A DNA stretch of 64,000 bases from Lytechinus pictus (Eukaryota): positions 19,036,001 to 19,100,000 of the forward strand of contig NC_087252.1 in the NCBI RefSeq assembly GCF_037042905.1. The letters are read 5' to 3'. The notes beneath the pieces are model-generated. The model was not told the origin of the DNA. It saw only the letters and a program-made list of their open reading frames with translations, and did not search any database. Below are positions 62,821 through 64,000 of this stretch, piece after piece. A program made the translations under genes and the position numbers. Position 1 is the first letter of the stretch; the number at the start of each line of letters is the position of its first letter.

Positions 62821-64000
62821 CGTTTGACCAGTAATGGATTGTTCATATACATGTTGGAGCTGATTAAGTGTGTCTATCTCTCTTGCTGCTATTTACCCAC
62901 GGTTGAGAGAGGAATAATTTCTCTCCTATGGCCGGGGAACTGTTTATGGTGTTACACTATTATCAGCACCCCTTGGAAATCAGTTTGGTATGCTGAAATA
63001 CAGATAATTGGCCCAAATAACCTTCATTCGGGAGCGAAAGCCTGTTTGGGGGTTGTAAAAGTTTTTTTTTTTAACAAAATCAACTCTATTTTGTAGAGAA
63101 AACCTTTTTTTTCTTTCTTTCTTTTTTTACATGTCAACTTTTTTTCTCACTTAAATCATTTCCATTGTGGAATGAAAAACTTTTAGTTGGTTTTTGGGGG
63201 GTTGGGTGATTGCTTGTTAGCAATCAGCACCACCTCTGTAAAAATCGTTCCCAGGCCTGTGCTCATTCCAAAGGTGATAAAATATAATATAATGATTCCA
63301 CACCAATTTCCCTTGCGGATTTTCTTTTCGACTAACTGGTCTCTCTTCAAATCAATTACAAACAAGAATACACAATGTTTTTCGGTTTCACACAAAGTTC
63401 ATTTTTGTTTATTCAGAGTAAATTCACCTATCGCGCCGTTGCTGGTATTGATAAGGACTGTTAAGGATGAGATACTCCTTTATTCAGAATGACAAATACA
63501 ATTTAAACAGGGATGAAATGAGCATTCCATTTATTCATTCTTGGAATGAAAATGTTTTGATTTGGGGCCAGGGGTAGGGTGACCCACATCACCTTCATTG
63601 TGGAGGAGTTTGCATTATTTTTGCTGTAAATATGTGTGATTCAACAGAATAACAGACTTCCCATGCCTTTGTACTCACTGAAAATATACCCTGAAAAAAT
63701 GGTTTTACCATTCATATGATAATACAAACTATTTGTCAACGATGGAACCATCCATTGAAAAAAAAAAACACCTGGTCCCTGGATATTCTTGTTCAAACCG
63801 AGAATTCAATTAAGATATGTTGTAAAGTACTGGTAATTTGGGAGTTGTACAGCTTTGAAATCACACATGTTGAGCACAACACGTGTTTAACGGGAGCATG
63901 CCCACATCATTAGCGATATTAACATTCAAATGCTCATCGCTTTCTTATTATTTGGGTTTTTTCAAACTTGCATTGATTTGTTTCTTTGATTTTCTATGTT

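Noticed and set aside
63183..63395. Minus-strand ORF with a hydrophobic stretch as the laccase signal exon
   Set aside because: No good phase-1 donor found, and the region looks repeat-derived.

Overview
AT-rich eukaryotic genomic DNA with spliceosomal introns and many TEs. The repeat landscape and gene content suggest an echinoderm, probably a sea urchin (inference only). Two convergent, 5'-incomplete multi-exon genes can be rebuilt by hand from GT-AG sites with consistent intron phases. (1) Plus strand, 1215-10762: a single-pass receptor with an Ig-like ectodomain, a TM helix and about seven divergent death-domain-like modules, one per exon, with every intron phase 1. (2) Minus strand, 56560-38343: a laccase/multicopper oxidase with all copper ligands and a C-terminal TM anchor. 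Between them lie an internally deleted Tc1 element, a tandem-plus-inverted array of a ~400-bp unit carrying a 72-nt cloverleaf tRNA-like gene with a UCA (opal) anticodon, a mosaic non-coding triplication whose units end in a 50-bp minisatellite, and a Penelope 3' end (GIY-YIG tail plus minimal hammerhead) interrupted by a frameshifted CR1/L2-group LINE. The laccase introns and upstream region hold a Tc1 with an intact DD34E transposase ORF, LINE fragments, SINEs and MITEs. Most short ORFs in the track, including the long hydrophobic minus-strand ORFs at 20-31 kb, are repeat artefacts.
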